A stretch of 64,000 nucleotides of DNA from an uncultured Thermoanaerobaculia bacterium (GTDB lineage: Bacteria; Acidobacteriota; JBCCFW01). Below, in pieces: positions 50,002 through 59,862 of this stretch. Location: contig CAZTIW010000019.1 in assembly GCA_964613915.1 (NCBI GenBank), positions 8,240 through 72,239 of the forward strand, written 5' to 3'. Below the pieces are notes generated by a model that worked only from the letters and a program-made list of their open reading frames with translations, made no database searches and was not told the origin of the DNA. Made by a program: the position numbers and the translations under genes. Each line of letters starts with the position of its first letter. Position 1 is the stretch's first letter.

Positions 50002-50679
50002 GTGTTCGACGCGAAGGTCCAGATCCGGCAGGCCGTCACGCAGGCGATGCGTGCGGTCGTCGCCGAGCTGCGGGACGCCCAGGCCATGGGCGGCGCCGTC
50101 GGCCGCCAGCTCGTCGAGCAGGTCGGGCGCGTGGACGCGGACCAGAACAAGGGCACGTTCGCGGCGCAGGCGCAGCCCGGAGGCGGCGCGTGGAAGCCGC
50201 TCAATCCCGAGTACGCCAAGCGCAAGCGCAAGGCCGTGGGGGCCCGCAAGATCCTCGTCTGGTCCGGCGCGATGCGCGGCAGCGCCACGACGGCGAAGGG
50301 GCAGGGCCGCATCGCGCGGATCAGCGGCAAGATGCTCGAGCTCGGCACGAGCCACCGGCTGGCGAAGAAGCACCAGTTCGGCCAGCGCGGCGTCGAGTAC
50401 GTGCAGCCGCATCACCGCGCGCTGGGCGTGGCGGGCGACGGCTTTCGCATCCTCGGCAAGAGCGGCAAGACGCGTGGCCAGGTGCGCGGGTTCGCGCGCC
50501 GCGTGAACCTGCCCGCGCGTCCGTTCATCGGCAAGAGCGCCGAGCAGGCCGCGGCCATCAAGCAGGCCATCGGACGGGTCGTGGCCGAGCGCGTCGAGCG
50601 CGCCTCGCGCGGCAGGCTCAGGGCCGCGCGCCTGGGCGCCGCCCGGAGCGCCGGCCGCCTCATCGTCGTGGAGCGGTGA
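50002..50679 (+). CDS. Phage virion morphogenesis protein (Mu gpG / tail-completion S-like)
   Basis: GTG start 2 nt after the upstream stop. Features of the virion-morphogenesis family (WKPLNPEYAKRK, PFIG). Confidence 0.5.
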   Translation: MFDAKVQIRQAVTQAMRAVVAELRDAQAMGGAVGRQLVEQVGRVDADQNKGTFAAQAQPGGGAWKPLNPEYAKRKRKAVGARKILVWSGAMRGSATTAKGQGRIARISGKMLELGTSHRLAKKHQFGQRGVEYVQPHHRALGVAGDGFRILGKSGKTRGQVRGFARRVNLPARPFIGKSAEQAAAIKQAIGRVVAERVERASRGRLRAARLGAARSAGRLIVVER

Positions 50680-50683
50680 GGAC

Positions 50684-51265
50684 ATGCCTCACTTCGGCAG
50701 CGCCGTGCTCCTCGACCGCCTGGTCAGGCTCCTGCAGCAAGAGCTCGCCGGCGAGCTCGCGCTCGTGGACGCGGCCGCCAACGCGCGTGCCGTCGCATCG
50801 ACGCCCGAGTACGAGTTCACGACGACCTGCCCGACCGAGTCGGCGATCGCGGGCTTCTTCGACGGCGGGCTCGACGTCGACCAGTCCGTCACGGTGCTCG
50901 AGGCGGATGTCGGCCGCACGCACGACGAGCGCCACCAGCAGCTGCCCGTCGAGGGCGCGCCGGCCAACCGGCCGCGGCTGCACCTGCTGCACGGGTTCGT
51001 CATCCGCGCGCGCTGCGCGTCGCGCCGGGGCGGGTGGACGCCCGATGGCGCGTACCGCCGCTGCGACCGCCTCTCGACGGCGATCGTGGTGATCCTCGGC
51101 CGCTTCAACAGGCTCGGCGTGCCGGCGCCTGCCGGCCTGCCGCCGCTGGCTCACGAGCCGGTCCGGATCATCTCCGACAGGCGCCCCTCTCACGTCGAGG
51201 AGGGCAACCGCCTGGTGGTCGCCCGCGACATCGGGATTCTCGTCTCCACGCTGGAGGACAGGTGA
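50684..51265 (+). CDS. Hypothetical phage protein (possible tail-completion or gp37-like)
   Basis: Same-strand, tightly packed ORF. Confidence 0.4.
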   Translation: MPHFGSAVLLDRLVRLLQQELAGELALVDAAANARAVASTPEYEFTTTCPTESAIAGFFDGGLDVDQSVTVLEADVGRTHDERHQQLPVEGAPANRPRLHLLHGFVIRARCASRRGGWTPDGAYRRCDRLSTAIVVILGRFNRLGVPAPAGLPPLAHEPVRIISDRRPSHVEEGNRLVVARDIGILVSTLEDR

Positions 51266-51474
51266 TGGACGCACTCGAGAAGACACGGCTGCTCCTGGCC
51301 TTCTACGGCCCCGAGCGCATGCAGGCGCAGGCCTCGGGAGAGACCTTCGTCATCACGGCCGAGATGCAGGAGCACGCGGAGAGCTTCGGCTTCGACCGCG
51401 CGCGCGCGGACGCGGCACCTGCCGCGGGCACGGACGGCGACGCGGCCCCCAGGGCCGCACGAAAGGGCAGGTGA
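51265..51474 (+). CDS. Small hypothetical phage protein (69 aa)
   Basis: ATG overlapping the upstream TGA (TGATG). Immediately precedes the major tail gene. Confidence 0.35.
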   Translation: MDALEKTRLLLAFYGPERMQAQASGETFVITAEMQEHAESFGFDRARADAAPAAGTDGDAAPRAARKGR

Positions 51475-51477
51475 GCG

Positions 51478-52479
51478 ATGGCCACGAACGCAGGCTTCGT
51501 CATCCAGCAGGGGATCTTCCTCTGCAAGACCGAGACGACCATCGGCACGGACGCCGTGCCGACGGTCGGCAGCAACGCCCTCGTGATCGAGGAGATCAAC
51601 ATCCAGCCCCTCGGGCAGTCCGAGTCGCAGACGCGCCAGCCCCTGATGGGGCCGGGCATCATCGGCGTGCAGACGCCCGTCGCGGGCAAGCGCCACGCCA
51701 AGCTGAGCTTCAAGATCCCGGTCGTCGGCGCCGCCGGCGCCGGCACGGCGGTCAACTACGCGCCCGTGCTCAAGGCCTGCGCGCTCGCAGAGGCCCTCAC
51801 GGCGAGCACGTCGGCGGCCTACTCGGACGGCGCCACGACGGTGCCCTGCACGATCTACGTGTACGCGGGCCCCGCGCAGGGCACGACCACCTGGCGCCTG
51901 TACAAGTTCCTCGGCGTCGCCGGCAACGTGAAGATGACCGGCGAGGACGGCAAGGCCGCGATGTGGGAGTTCGACATGATGGGCGCGTACGTCGAGCCGA
52001 CGGACGTGTCCGCTCCGAGCTCCCCCACGCTCGTGGAAGTGGTGCCGACGTCCCTGCTCGGCGTGACGCTGAGCCTCAACTGGGGCAGCGCCTACACGCC
52101 CGTCTGCAAGTCGTGGGAGATCGACTTCGGTGGCGAGGTCGTGATGCGCGAGGACATGGCCCAGCTCAGCGGCTACCGCGCGGGCATCATGAAGGGACGC
52201 ATCCCGAAGTTCTCCTTCGACATCGAGGAGGACCTCGCCGCCAACTTCAACCCGTACGCGTACTTCGCGGCCAACACGCCGGGCTCCATCACCATCGGTC
52301 CCGTCGGGCCCGGCGGCGGATCCCCCGGCCTGAACTACACGATCTCGATCCCGCGCGCGGGCATCGAGAAGCCGGACCCGAAGGCGCAGGACGGCCTCAT
52401 GCGGATGGTGCTCGCGGGCCAGTGCGCCCGCAACGTCAGCACGCTGTCCACGGCCGCGGTGTCCGCCACGTTCACCTGA
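51478..52479 (+). CDS. Putative major tail (tube) protein
   Basis: 333-aa beta-rich protein immediately upstream of the chaperone pair and the tape measure gene, which is the canonical siphovirus order. Confidence 0.5.
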   Translation: MATNAGFVIQQGIFLCKTETTIGTDAVPTVGSNALVIEEINIQPLGQSESQTRQPLMGPGIIGVQTPVAGKRHAKLSFKIPVVGAAGAGTAVNYAPVLKACALAEALTASTSAAYSDGATTVPCTIYVYAGPAQGTTTWRLYKFLGVAGNVKMTGEDGKAAMWEFDMMGAYVEPTDVSAPSSPTLVEVVPTSLLGVTLSLNWGSAYTPVCKSWEIDFGGEVVMREDMAQLSGYRAGIMKGRIPKFSFDIEEDLAANFNPYAYFAANTPGSITIGPVGPGGGSPGLNYTISIPRAGIEKPDPKAQDGLMRMVLAGQCARNVSTLSTAAVSATFT

Positions 52480-52519
52480 TCGAACCTTCCCGCGCACCCG
52501 CGCAACCGGAGAGAACACG

Positions 52520-52879
52520 ATGCGAATCGACGACCTGGAAGCCGCGCTCGAGACCGGCACGTTCGAGCCCGTCTTCGTCGAGTACAGGGACGGATGGGAG
52601 TTCAAGCTCCGCCACTCGAGCGCGGAGGAGCAGAGCGAGGAGCTCGGGCGGAGCGCGAGTCGCGACAGCAACGACGCGTACTGGCTGGACCACGTCGTCG
52701 GCTGGCGCGGCCTGACGCGCCGCGGCGAGGAGGTGCCGTTCGACCGGCAGCTGCTGAGGAAGTTCTGGCGCCTCGACGGCGAGATGCGCCTGTTCGTCCT
52801 GCGGAGCTGCCAGAGCATCGACACCTTTCGCAAGCAGTCTCGCGCCCCTGGCGCTGCTGGCTCACGCGAGGGCCAGTAG
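52520..52879 (+). CDS. Putative tail assembly chaperone (gpG-like)
   Basis: 119-aa acidic protein in the canonical position between the major tail protein and the TMP. Confidence 0.45.
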   Translation: MRIDDLEAALETGTFEPVFVEYRDGWEFKLRHSSAEEQSEELGRSASRDSNDAYWLDHVVGWRGLTRRGEEVPFDRQLLRKFWRLDGEMRLFVLRSCQSIDTFRKQSRAPGAAGSREGQ

Positions 52880-52880
52880 C

Positions 52881-53318
52881 GCCAACCTGCCGGCCCGGAT
52901 CCGCAGCCGCACCTGGGGCCGGCTCGACCTGCCAGAGCGCCTCGCCTGGCAGGCCTGGAGGTCTGTCGGTGACCAGGTCCACCTGCTCCAGCCGAGCTTC
53001 GAGAAGGCCGAGGACGCCGTCTTCGTGCTCTCGTTCGAGGCAGTGCAGGACTGGCTCCGCCTGGCTGGCTGCCCGGAGAGCCTGCGCCTGCGTGCCTGGA
53101 CGGGCGTGCAGCTCCTGCATGACGCCCACCGTCACTCGGCCAGGTTCAGCAGGCTCCACCCGGACCTCTGCTGGCACTCGGACGCGCCGCTGCGGCTCGT
53201 CGACACGCGCCGCGACCGCGTGCTCGGCGACCGGCGCCTGCCCAACTGCCCGACCTGCGCCAGGCGCTGGCGCTGCGAGACCTGCGACCGTGACTTCGTC
53301 TTTCACGACCACGGCTGA
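52881..53318 (+). CDS. Alternate-frame extension downstream of the chaperone ORF, ending in a CxxC...CxxC zinc-ribbon-like motif. Either a frameshift product (gpGT-like) or an independent small gene starting at GTG 53025.
   Basis: The frame is open from the chaperone stop region up to 3 nt before the TMP start. C-terminal NCPTCARRWRCETCDRDF. Confidence 0.3.
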   Translation, partial: ANLPARIRSRTWGRLDLPERLAWQAWRSVGDQVHLLQPSFEKAEDAVFVLSFEAVQDWLRLAGCPESLRLRAWTGVQLLHDAHRHSARFSRLHPDLCWHSDAPLRLVDTRRDRVLGDRRLPNCPTCARRWRCETCDRDFVFHDHG

Positions 53319-53326
53319 GGCGCGCC

Positions 53327-56089
53327 GTGGCTGACTTCGACCTCCTCTACAAGACTGCCATCGACGCGTCCGAGGCCCTGCGAGGGGCCGCGGAATACGC
53401 GAAGGCCCAGCGGGAAGTCGAGGCTGCCGCGAAGGGGGCGGCAGGTTCCGTCGCGCGGGCCGGACAGGCAGCGGCGCAGAGCAGCGCCAAGTCGAGCCAG
53501 AGCGTGGTCGACAGCTGGCGCAAGCTCGGGCAGTCGCTCACGACGCCAGTGGCTCAGGTCGGCGGGCTCGGACCGGCGTTCAACCAGGCCTCGGGCGCTG
53601 CGAAGAGCCTCGCCGGCAGCGCGGCCGGAGTCGCCTCCATCATCGGCGTCGTGGGCACCTCCGTGGTGGCGCTCGGGGCGGTGCTGGCGCCGACGTTCGA
53701 GCGGGCCCGTCAGTTCGAGGGTCTCAGCCGAGGATTCGAGAACCTCGCTGGCGGGGTCGGCCAGGCCAGCACGATGATGGAGCAGATGGCCGCCACGACC
53801 GGTGGCACCCTCTCGTCGATGGACTCCATGCGGCTCGCGAATCAGGCGATGCTGCTGGGCGTCGCCAAGACCGGCGACGAGATGGCCGAGCTCACGCGCA
53901 TCGCGAAGGCGCTCGGCACGACGATGGGCCTCGACATGAGGACCGCGCTCGAGTCGCTGACCACGGGCATCGGACGTCAGTCGAAGCTCTTCCTGGACAA
54001 CCTCGGGATCCTCATCGACGTTGAGGCAGAGAACGAGGCGTACGCTCGCTCTGTCGGGAAGTCGGCCGCGGCGCTCACGGATGCCGAGCGCAAGCAGGTG
54101 TTCCTGAGTGCGGCGCTGCGCGAGGGAGGCGAACTCGCCGAGCGCACCGGCGCGAGCGTCAGCACGAACGCCGAGCAGTGGGAGGTCTTCAAGAATCGCG
54201 CCGACGACGCCAAGAACGTGCTCGCGTCGATGGCGGTGGAGACCCTCGGTCCCGTCCTTTCCGGGCTGAACGCGCTCCTCGACCCCATCTCGAGGATCGC
54301 GACGGGATTCGGGGAGATTCGCGGCAACGCGCTCGACGCCGCCCTCGGACTCGCGGACTTCGCCCGTCAGGAGGCGGGAGGGTTCAAGGGGACCGGGATC
54401 GGACGGCTCATGGACGTGGGTGAGGAGCGAGGTCGCCTCGAGGGCGAGCTTCGCGAACTCGAGGAGCGTCGTGCACGGCAGGAGATGGGGGTGGCCAGGC
54501 TGGAGGCCGCTCTCGGTGGCCGGCAGTCGGTGCAGCTCGACACGCAGAAGCGCGCGCTGCAGGACATCACTGACGAGATCGCTCGTACAGAGAAGAACGT
54601 GGTCGCGCTGACGGCGCAGTACGACCGGATGAGGGAGGCGCTCAAGGGAGTGACCGCAGCCCAGAGGGCCGAGGGGGGCGCCGCAGCCGGAGGAGGAACC
54701 GGCGGTCCGACGGCTGACGAGTCGGCCGCGCTCCAGCGGAAGCAGGAGTTCATCAACGCGGAGCAGGCCTTTCGCAGGGAGCAGCAGGTCGACGCTCTCG
54801 TGCGCGCGCAGAACTCGAAGGCGCTGCTGGCCATGTACGAATCCGAGACGCTCAGCGCGACGGAGTACTGGGGCGCCATCGGAAAGATCCGCGAGTCCGA
54901 GCGCGCGCGAGAGCAAGAGGCTGCGAGGCGCGCCGGCGCCGAGCAGCAGCGCGTGGAGGAACTCGTCGGCCTGTCGGCGAAGCAGGTCAGCGGGAACGAG
55001 CGGCTGCTGGAGATCGCTGGCGATCTTTACGAGAAGGACGCCGAACGTCTCGCCGCGCTCCAGGGCTACCTCTCGAAGACGGACAGCCTCGCGGAGTCGC
55101 TTCGCGCTGCGGTCGTCAGGGAGTCGATCTCGAAGGAGGACGCCGACAGGGTCCTCGCTCCGCTCCTTGCTTCCGCCACCGGGATCATGAAGCAAGCGAG
55201 CATGCTCGCTGCCCAGGCAGGCGCCGAGATGGGACCGGAGATCGCCCCGTGGAAGCGCGACGACTTCGTGGGGCCCCCGGCCTGGCAGGACCTCAGCGGC
55301 CAGGAGCAGGCCGACGCCGAGGCCAGGATGGCCGTCCTCGGCCAGGAGTTCAGCCAGAAGCAGGAACTGGCGCTGCTCGACCAGGAGCGCTTTGACCTGC
55401 AGCTGATGATCGCCGAGCAGGGTGTCGCGACGCTCGAGCAGGACCTGCAGCTCATCGACCTGAAGTGGCAGGAGGCCGCGGCGCTGGGTCAGGTGGCGCA
55501 GGCTGAGGCGCAGGTCCTCGCTGCGCGGGAGAAGAGTCTGGCGACCGCGCACCGGCAGGCCCAGGCCTTCAACCAGCAGAAGGCCATGATGGCGATGTCG
55601 ACCCAGGCCGCTGGGCAGCTGGCCCAGGGCCTGATGCAGATGGCCATCACGGGAGAGGGGAGCGTCAAGAAGCTCGTCGCCGCCACGCTGTCGGGAATTG
55701 CGACCGAGGCGGCTGCCAAGGCCCTGATGGCGACGGCGGAGTTCTTCTTCACGAAGGACCCGTCAATGCTCACTGCGGCGAAGTTCTACGGCCTGACGGC
55801 GGTGGCAGCAGGCGCTGGCGCGGCCGCGCTCAGCGGCGGCGGCGGCGGCGGCGGCGGCGCCAGCGACGCCAGTGAGGCACGGTCCAGCGGAGGCGGCAGG
55901 TCGCAGGCGCTCCTGGGCCCGGCCGCCGAGCCCGCGGCGCAGCTTCAGCCGGCCACGCACGTGACCATCACCGGCCCGGTGATCGGGGGCACGCGCGACG
56001 CGCTCGCGCGGGGGGTGATGGAGTCCATCGAGAGGGCGCAGGCGGCTGCCGGATACCGGCAGTCCACACCGAGGAACGACGGCCCATGA
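53327..56089 (+). CDS. Tail tape measure protein (920 aa)
   Basis: Long alpha-helical/coiled-coil protein with Ala/Gln/Glu-rich heptads and an internal Gly tract. Position after the chaperones. GTG start. Confidence 0.8.
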   Translation: MADFDLLYKTAIDASEALRGAAEYAKAQREVEAAAKGAAGSVARAGQAAAQSSAKSSQSVVDSWRKLGQSLTTPVAQVGGLGPAFNQASGAAKSLAGSAAGVASIIGVVGTSVVALGAVLAPTFERARQFEGLSRGFENLAGGVGQASTMMEQMAATTGGTLSSMDSMRLANQAMLLGVAKTGDEMAELTRIAKALGTTMGLDMRTALESLTTGIGRQSKLFLDNLGILIDVEAENEAYARSVGKSAAALTDAERKQVFLSAALREGGELAERTGASVSTNAEQWEVFKNRADDAKNVLASMAVETLGPVLSGLNALLDPISRIATGFGEIRGNALDAALGLADFARQEAGGFKGTGIGRLMDVGEERGRLEGELRELEERRARQEMGVARLEAALGGRQSVQLDTQKRALQDITDEIARTEKNVVALTAQYDRMREALKGVTAAQRAEGGAAAGGGTGGPTADESAALQRKQEFINAEQAFRREQQVDALVRAQNSKALLAMYESETLSATEYWGAIGKIRESERAREQEAARRAGAEQQRVEELVGLSAKQVSGNERLLEIAGDLYEKDAERLAALQGYLSKTDSLAESLRAAVVRESISKEDADRVLAPLLASATGIMKQASMLAAQAGAEMGPEIAPWKRDDFVGPPAWQDLSGQEQADAEARMAVLGQEFSQKQELALLDQERFDLQLMIAEQGVATLEQDLQLIDLKWQEAAALGQVAQAEAQVLAAREKSLATAHRQAQAFNQQKAMMAMSTQAAGQLAQGLMQMAITGEGSVKKLVAATLSGIATEAAAKALMATAEFFFTKDPSMLTAAKFYGLTAVAAGAGAAALSGGGGGGGGASDASEARSSGGGRSQALLGPAAEPAAQLQPATHVTITGPVIGGTRDALARGVMESIERAQAAAGYRQSTPRNDGP
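55835..55858 (+). repeat. (GGC)8 trinucleotide repeat encoding Gly8 within the tape measure gene
   Basis: Direct reading gives cagc(ggc)8gcc. Coordinates are ±1 nt. Confidence 0.85.
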
Positions 56090-57234
56090 CCTTTCACATC
56101 GGCTACCACTCCTACCAGGACTTCGCAGGCGTCACCGTCACGGGCGGCTACACGGACGCCGGGTACAGCGTCGCTCGCGTCCTCGAGCGCCACAGGCACA
56201 CGCGCTGGCTCGGGACCGTGCCGGACGGGCAGTGGCAGAAGCTGCGCTTCGATCTCGGCTCGGCCGGGCCCGAGACCTTCGAGAACATCGCGTCGTCCAT
56301 CGGGACCGGCCCGATCACGTTCTCGAACGTGCCGGTGCCGGTCGGCTCGCAGTCCGAGGGGAGGAACGCGCTGCCGAACACGGTGACCGTCACCTGCCAC
56401 AGCGCCAGCCATCCGGACATCGTGGCGACGGACGACGGAGCCGGGAACCTCACGGGAACCGACTGCTCGGGCACGATCGATTACCTGGGCGGGTTCTTCA
56501 CGTTCTCCACGCCGCTGAGCGTCACCAACCCGTGGCTGGACATCGAGTTCAGGTACGACCGCTTCGGGCGCCCTACCTACCTGGCCGTCGTCGACGGCTT
56601 CCGGGCAGGCCCTGCCTCGCCGCTGACCGTGCTGAGCCTGGCGTCCTACACGGCGAGCGACTGGTCGTCGGGGATCTGGGGCCTCTCCGTCGAACCACTG
56701 TGGTCGGCCGGCGTGCTGTTCTCGCTCTTCGATCCGCCGGCGGCCAGGCGCTACTGGGAGGTCGCGTGGCCGACGGGCTCCGGCGAGCGCACGCAGGGCG
56801 CGAGCGTCGTCCTCCTGGGCAAGGTCCTCACGCTCTCCGAGGGGATGGCCGCGGGCTTCGACATGGGGCGCCGCAAGCTCGTGACGTCCCAGAAGCGAGA
56901 CCGCGCCGGAAACTTCCTGCCGGCGGTGATCGAGGGCGTCGACCAGGACCTCAAGCTCAAGCTCCCGTCCGCGGGGCTGGCGTACCAGGACCTGGCGTTC
57001 TCGAGCTCGCGCGGGCTGTTCCAGACCCCGTCGATCGACCGGATGCTCCGCTCCTACTGGTCGCGCGGCATCCCGATGGCGCTGCAGTGGAAGAGCTTCG
57101 ACCTGGCCGACGAGATGTCCTTCTGGGCTCGCGGCAAGCCGAGCGTGGCGGCGCCGTTCATCAGCCCGATCAGGCGCGGCCTGACGCTCGAGTTCGACGT
57201 GCAGGCCGAGCGGCACGCGGAAGAGGACGCCTGA
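56086..57234 (+). CDS. Putative distal tail protein (Dit-like)
   Basis: ATGA overlap with the TMP. 382-aa beta-rich protein in the canonical Dit position. Confidence 0.5.
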   Translation: MTFHIGYHSYQDFAGVTVTGGYTDAGYSVARVLERHRHTRWLGTVPDGQWQKLRFDLGSAGPETFENIASSIGTGPITFSNVPVPVGSQSEGRNALPNTVTVTCHSASHPDIVATDDGAGNLTGTDCSGTIDYLGGFFTFSTPLSVTNPWLDIEFRYDRFGRPTYLAVVDGFRAGPASPLTVLSLASYTASDWSSGIWGLSVEPLWSAGVLFSLFDPPAARRYWEVAWPTGSGERTQGASVVLLGKVLTLSEGMAAGFDMGRRKLVTSQKRDRAGNFLPAVIEGVDQDLKLKLPSAGLAYQDLAFSSSRGLFQTPSIDRMLRSYWSRGIPMALQWKSFDLADEMSFWARGKPSVAAPFISPIRRGLTLEFDVQAERHAEEDA

Positions 57235-57235
57235 G

Positions 57236-59089
57236 ATGCCGACGGCAGCCTACCTCGAGGAGATCCAGGCGCCAGGCCCCATCCCGGTCATCGTGGTGGA
57301 GATCGACCTCGACCGCTGCCTGAACGACTACGCGAGCGCCGTCGCGCCGTCCACGTGCACGGCGGCCGACGCCGGCGACGGCCTTCGCTGTTGCTTCACG
57401 CGCGGGACGTGCCAGGACCCCGAGAACTACCGCAAGGGCACGTTCACGCACCGGTTCATGTCGCTGCTGAATCCGCTTCCGGCCAACTTCCTGGAGGCCT
57501 GGCCGAACGGCGTGCTGCCGCTCGTGCTGGGCATCACGGACGTGGCGGTCGACTTCGAGATCGAGGCTGGCTTCACGCGACCGGAGAAGATGACGGTCAC
57601 GCTCGCGGACCTGGGCACGACGAGCTCTGACCGCGTGACGGGCGAGGGCGTCGAGTTCGACGATGACAAGCCGCTGCGCAACACCTCGCGGCTGGGGTAC
57701 GTCTCGCGACGGCTGGTGGCCGCGAGCCCGAACTACATCAACCGGCCGATCCGCATCTACCGGGGGCTCGTCGCCGACGGCTTCCTGAGCTCTGACCTCG
57801 ATGAGGCCTGGAACGGCGTCGTCGAGAACGTCACCTGGGACAACCAGGGGCGCTGGAAGGTCCACGCGCACGACCTGCTGGAGGGGCTCGAGACGGAGCT
57901 GCCGCCCAAGATCGACGCGGAGCTCACGGCCGACATCGGAATCGCGACGACGACCGTGCCGTGCACGAACGCCGGCAAGGTGACGGACCAGGCCAGCATC
58001 GCCGGCGACGTCGTCGTGGCGACGACCTCGAGCGTGACCGGGCGGCGCGAGTACATGCGCGTCACCGCGCGCGACGCCGGCGCCGGCACGCTGACCGTGG
58101 TGCGGGGCCAGTACGGCAGCACCCCGCAGCCTCACGCGGCCGGCCAGGCGCTCGACGAGGCTCTCGCGTTCGTCTCGCGGGATGGCCTGTCGGGCGTGCA
58201 CGCGACCGACATCGTGCTGGACATCCTCGACCGGGCGAGGCTTCCGGCCGCGGGCGTGGACGCGGCCCAGATCCAGGCGCAGGCGCTCTGGATGGGGCCG
58301 CAGACGCTCCGGCGCATCGTCGAGAAGCCCGAGAAGGCCAACGCGCTCGTCTTCGAGATCCTCGGGAGCCTCTACGTCGCGAACCTGTTCGGCGACGAGG
58401 GCAACAAGCTCCGGATGATCGTCTGCAACCCCGGGATCCTCGAGGGCGACCCGGTCCCCATCGTGGACGGCGGCAACATCGCGGAGAACAGCGTCGAGCT
58501 CAACGACAACGGCCACGGGCGCATCACGCAGACGACCGTGCTGTTCGCGCACCGGGATGGCGCCACCGGACGCCAGGACACGGAGTACGAGGCGATCGAG
58601 ATCGCCTACAACGGGGAGACGACCCCGGAGGAGTACTTCGGCGACACGCGCGAGAAGCTCATCAAGACGAAGTGGCTCGACGCCTCGGGGCGGTCGATGG
58701 CCCGCATCACGGCCGTGCGCCACAACATCCTCTTCGCCTTCGCGCAGGAGCGCATCGCGTGGGAGGGCCCGCTGCGCGACGCCGGCGTGCGCGTCGGGAG
58801 CCTCGTGTCCGTGACGACGAGGGAGCTCCAGACGGTGACGGGAGAGCCCCGCACGCTCGTCGCGCGCGTCGTGCAGAAGCACTGGTCGGGCCTCGGCGGC
58901 TTCCGCTGGGTGGCGCAGGCCCTGGGCTTCCGCCCGCCGGCTCCTGACGGCGCCTCCGGCAGGTGGGCTCTCATCGCACCTGACGCCACGCCCGACTGGG
59001 GCTCGGCCACCGAGGCGGACAGGCAGTACGCCTTCTTCGGGGACGCCTCCAACGAGCTGGCCGGAGAGGCCGGGTACTACACCACGTGA
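57236..59089 (+). CDS. Putative tail tip or baseplate hub protein (Tal-like)
   Basis: 617 aa, immediately after the Dit-like gene. One-nt intergenic gap. Confidence 0.5.
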   Translation: MPTAAYLEEIQAPGPIPVIVVEIDLDRCLNDYASAVAPSTCTAADAGDGLRCCFTRGTCQDPENYRKGTFTHRFMSLLNPLPANFLEAWPNGVLPLVLGITDVAVDFEIEAGFTRPEKMTVTLADLGTTSSDRVTGEGVEFDDDKPLRNTSRLGYVSRRLVAASPNYINRPIRIYRGLVADGFLSSDLDEAWNGVVENVTWDNQGRWKVHAHDLLEGLETELPPKIDAELTADIGIATTTVPCTNAGKVTDQASIAGDVVVATTSSVTGRREYMRVTARDAGAGTLTVVRGQYGSTPQPHAAGQALDEALAFVSRDGLSGVHATDIVLDILDRARLPAAGVDAAQIQAQALWMGPQTLRRIVEKPEKANALVFEILGSLYVANLFGDEGNKLRMIVCNPGILEGDPVPIVDGGNIAENSVELNDNGHGRITQTTVLFAHRDGATGRQDTEYEAIEIAYNGETTPEEYFGDTREKLIKTKWLDASGRSMARITAVRHNILFAFAQERIAWEGPLRDAGVRVGSLVSVTTRELQTVTGEPRTLVARVVQKHWSGLGGFRWVAQALGFRPPAPDGASGRWALIAPDATPDWGSATEADRQYAFFGDASNELAGEAGYYTT

Positions 59090-59862
59090 GCCTGACTCCC
59101 TTCACCTCGCTCGCCAGCGGCGACTGCGACGCGCAGAGCCCTGCCAGGCAGGCGACCATGCGGGCGCACCGCGACAGGTCCGCGCACGTGCAGGAGTTCG
59201 TGTACGACCGCGCGGTGCACGTGCCGAAGGTCGCCCATGACCACGACGGCAAGAACAGCCGGCGCGTGATGGTCCCGCACGTCGCCAACCTCATCCTCTA
59301 CGGCCACCCGTCCGCTGGCTGGACGCTCACGGGCGCCACCCATTCCAGCAACGGGCTGTCCTTCACGGCCGCATCGCAGCGCGCGAACCGCGTGATCCTC
59401 GACGGCAACGCGGCGCGCAGCAAGCACGCCTTCGGCACGGGCGGTTGCGACCTCACGCTGTCCTTCTGCTGCCGGCCGACGGGCACGTTCTCGAGCCTGT
59501 CCCTGAAGTTCGGCATGGTCAACGGCGACACCGCGACCATCGCCACGGGGGAGGGCTCGTCCATCGACCAGACGCACCTGCCGGCGCCTGGATCGTGGAA
59601 GCGCGTGTTCGTGCGCCTCTCGCGCTTCTCCTCGGCCGGCTACTCGACGGACTGCCGCGTCGGCTTCGCCACGTCCGTGTGGGCCGGCGGCACGAAGATC
59701 GAGATCGACCACGTCCTGCTGCAGCCCGACCACCGGCTCGGGCACTGGAAGCCCGGCTACGGCGAGACGCGGCACAAGCACTGGGACAACACGCAGCAGG
59801 GCGACTGCCCGCTCCTGGACACGGCGCTGCACTTCGACGATGCGCTCGAGCGGAGCGCCTGA
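59086..59862 (+). CDS. Tail-associated protein, paralog 1 of 3 (putative receptor-binding or fiber component)
   Basis: GTGA overlap with the upstream gene. Shares motifs with the next two genes (AHVQEF/VHVREA, HDHDG, P-x-NL[IV]L, TGTFSS, a [DT]-x-[IV]LVKP-like C-terminus). Confidence 0.5.
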   Translation: MSLTPFTSLASGDCDAQSPARQATMRAHRDRSAHVQEFVYDRAVHVPKVAHDHDGKNSRRVMVPHVANLILYGHPSAGWTLTGATHSSNGLSFTAASQRANRVILDGNAARSKHAFGTGGCDLTLSFCCRPTGTFSSLSLKFGMVNGDTATIATGEGSSIDQTHLPAPGSWKRVFVRLSRFSSAGYSTDCRVGFATSVWAGGTKIEIDHVLLQPDHRLGHWKPGYGETRHKHWDNTQQGDCPLLDTALHFDDALERSA

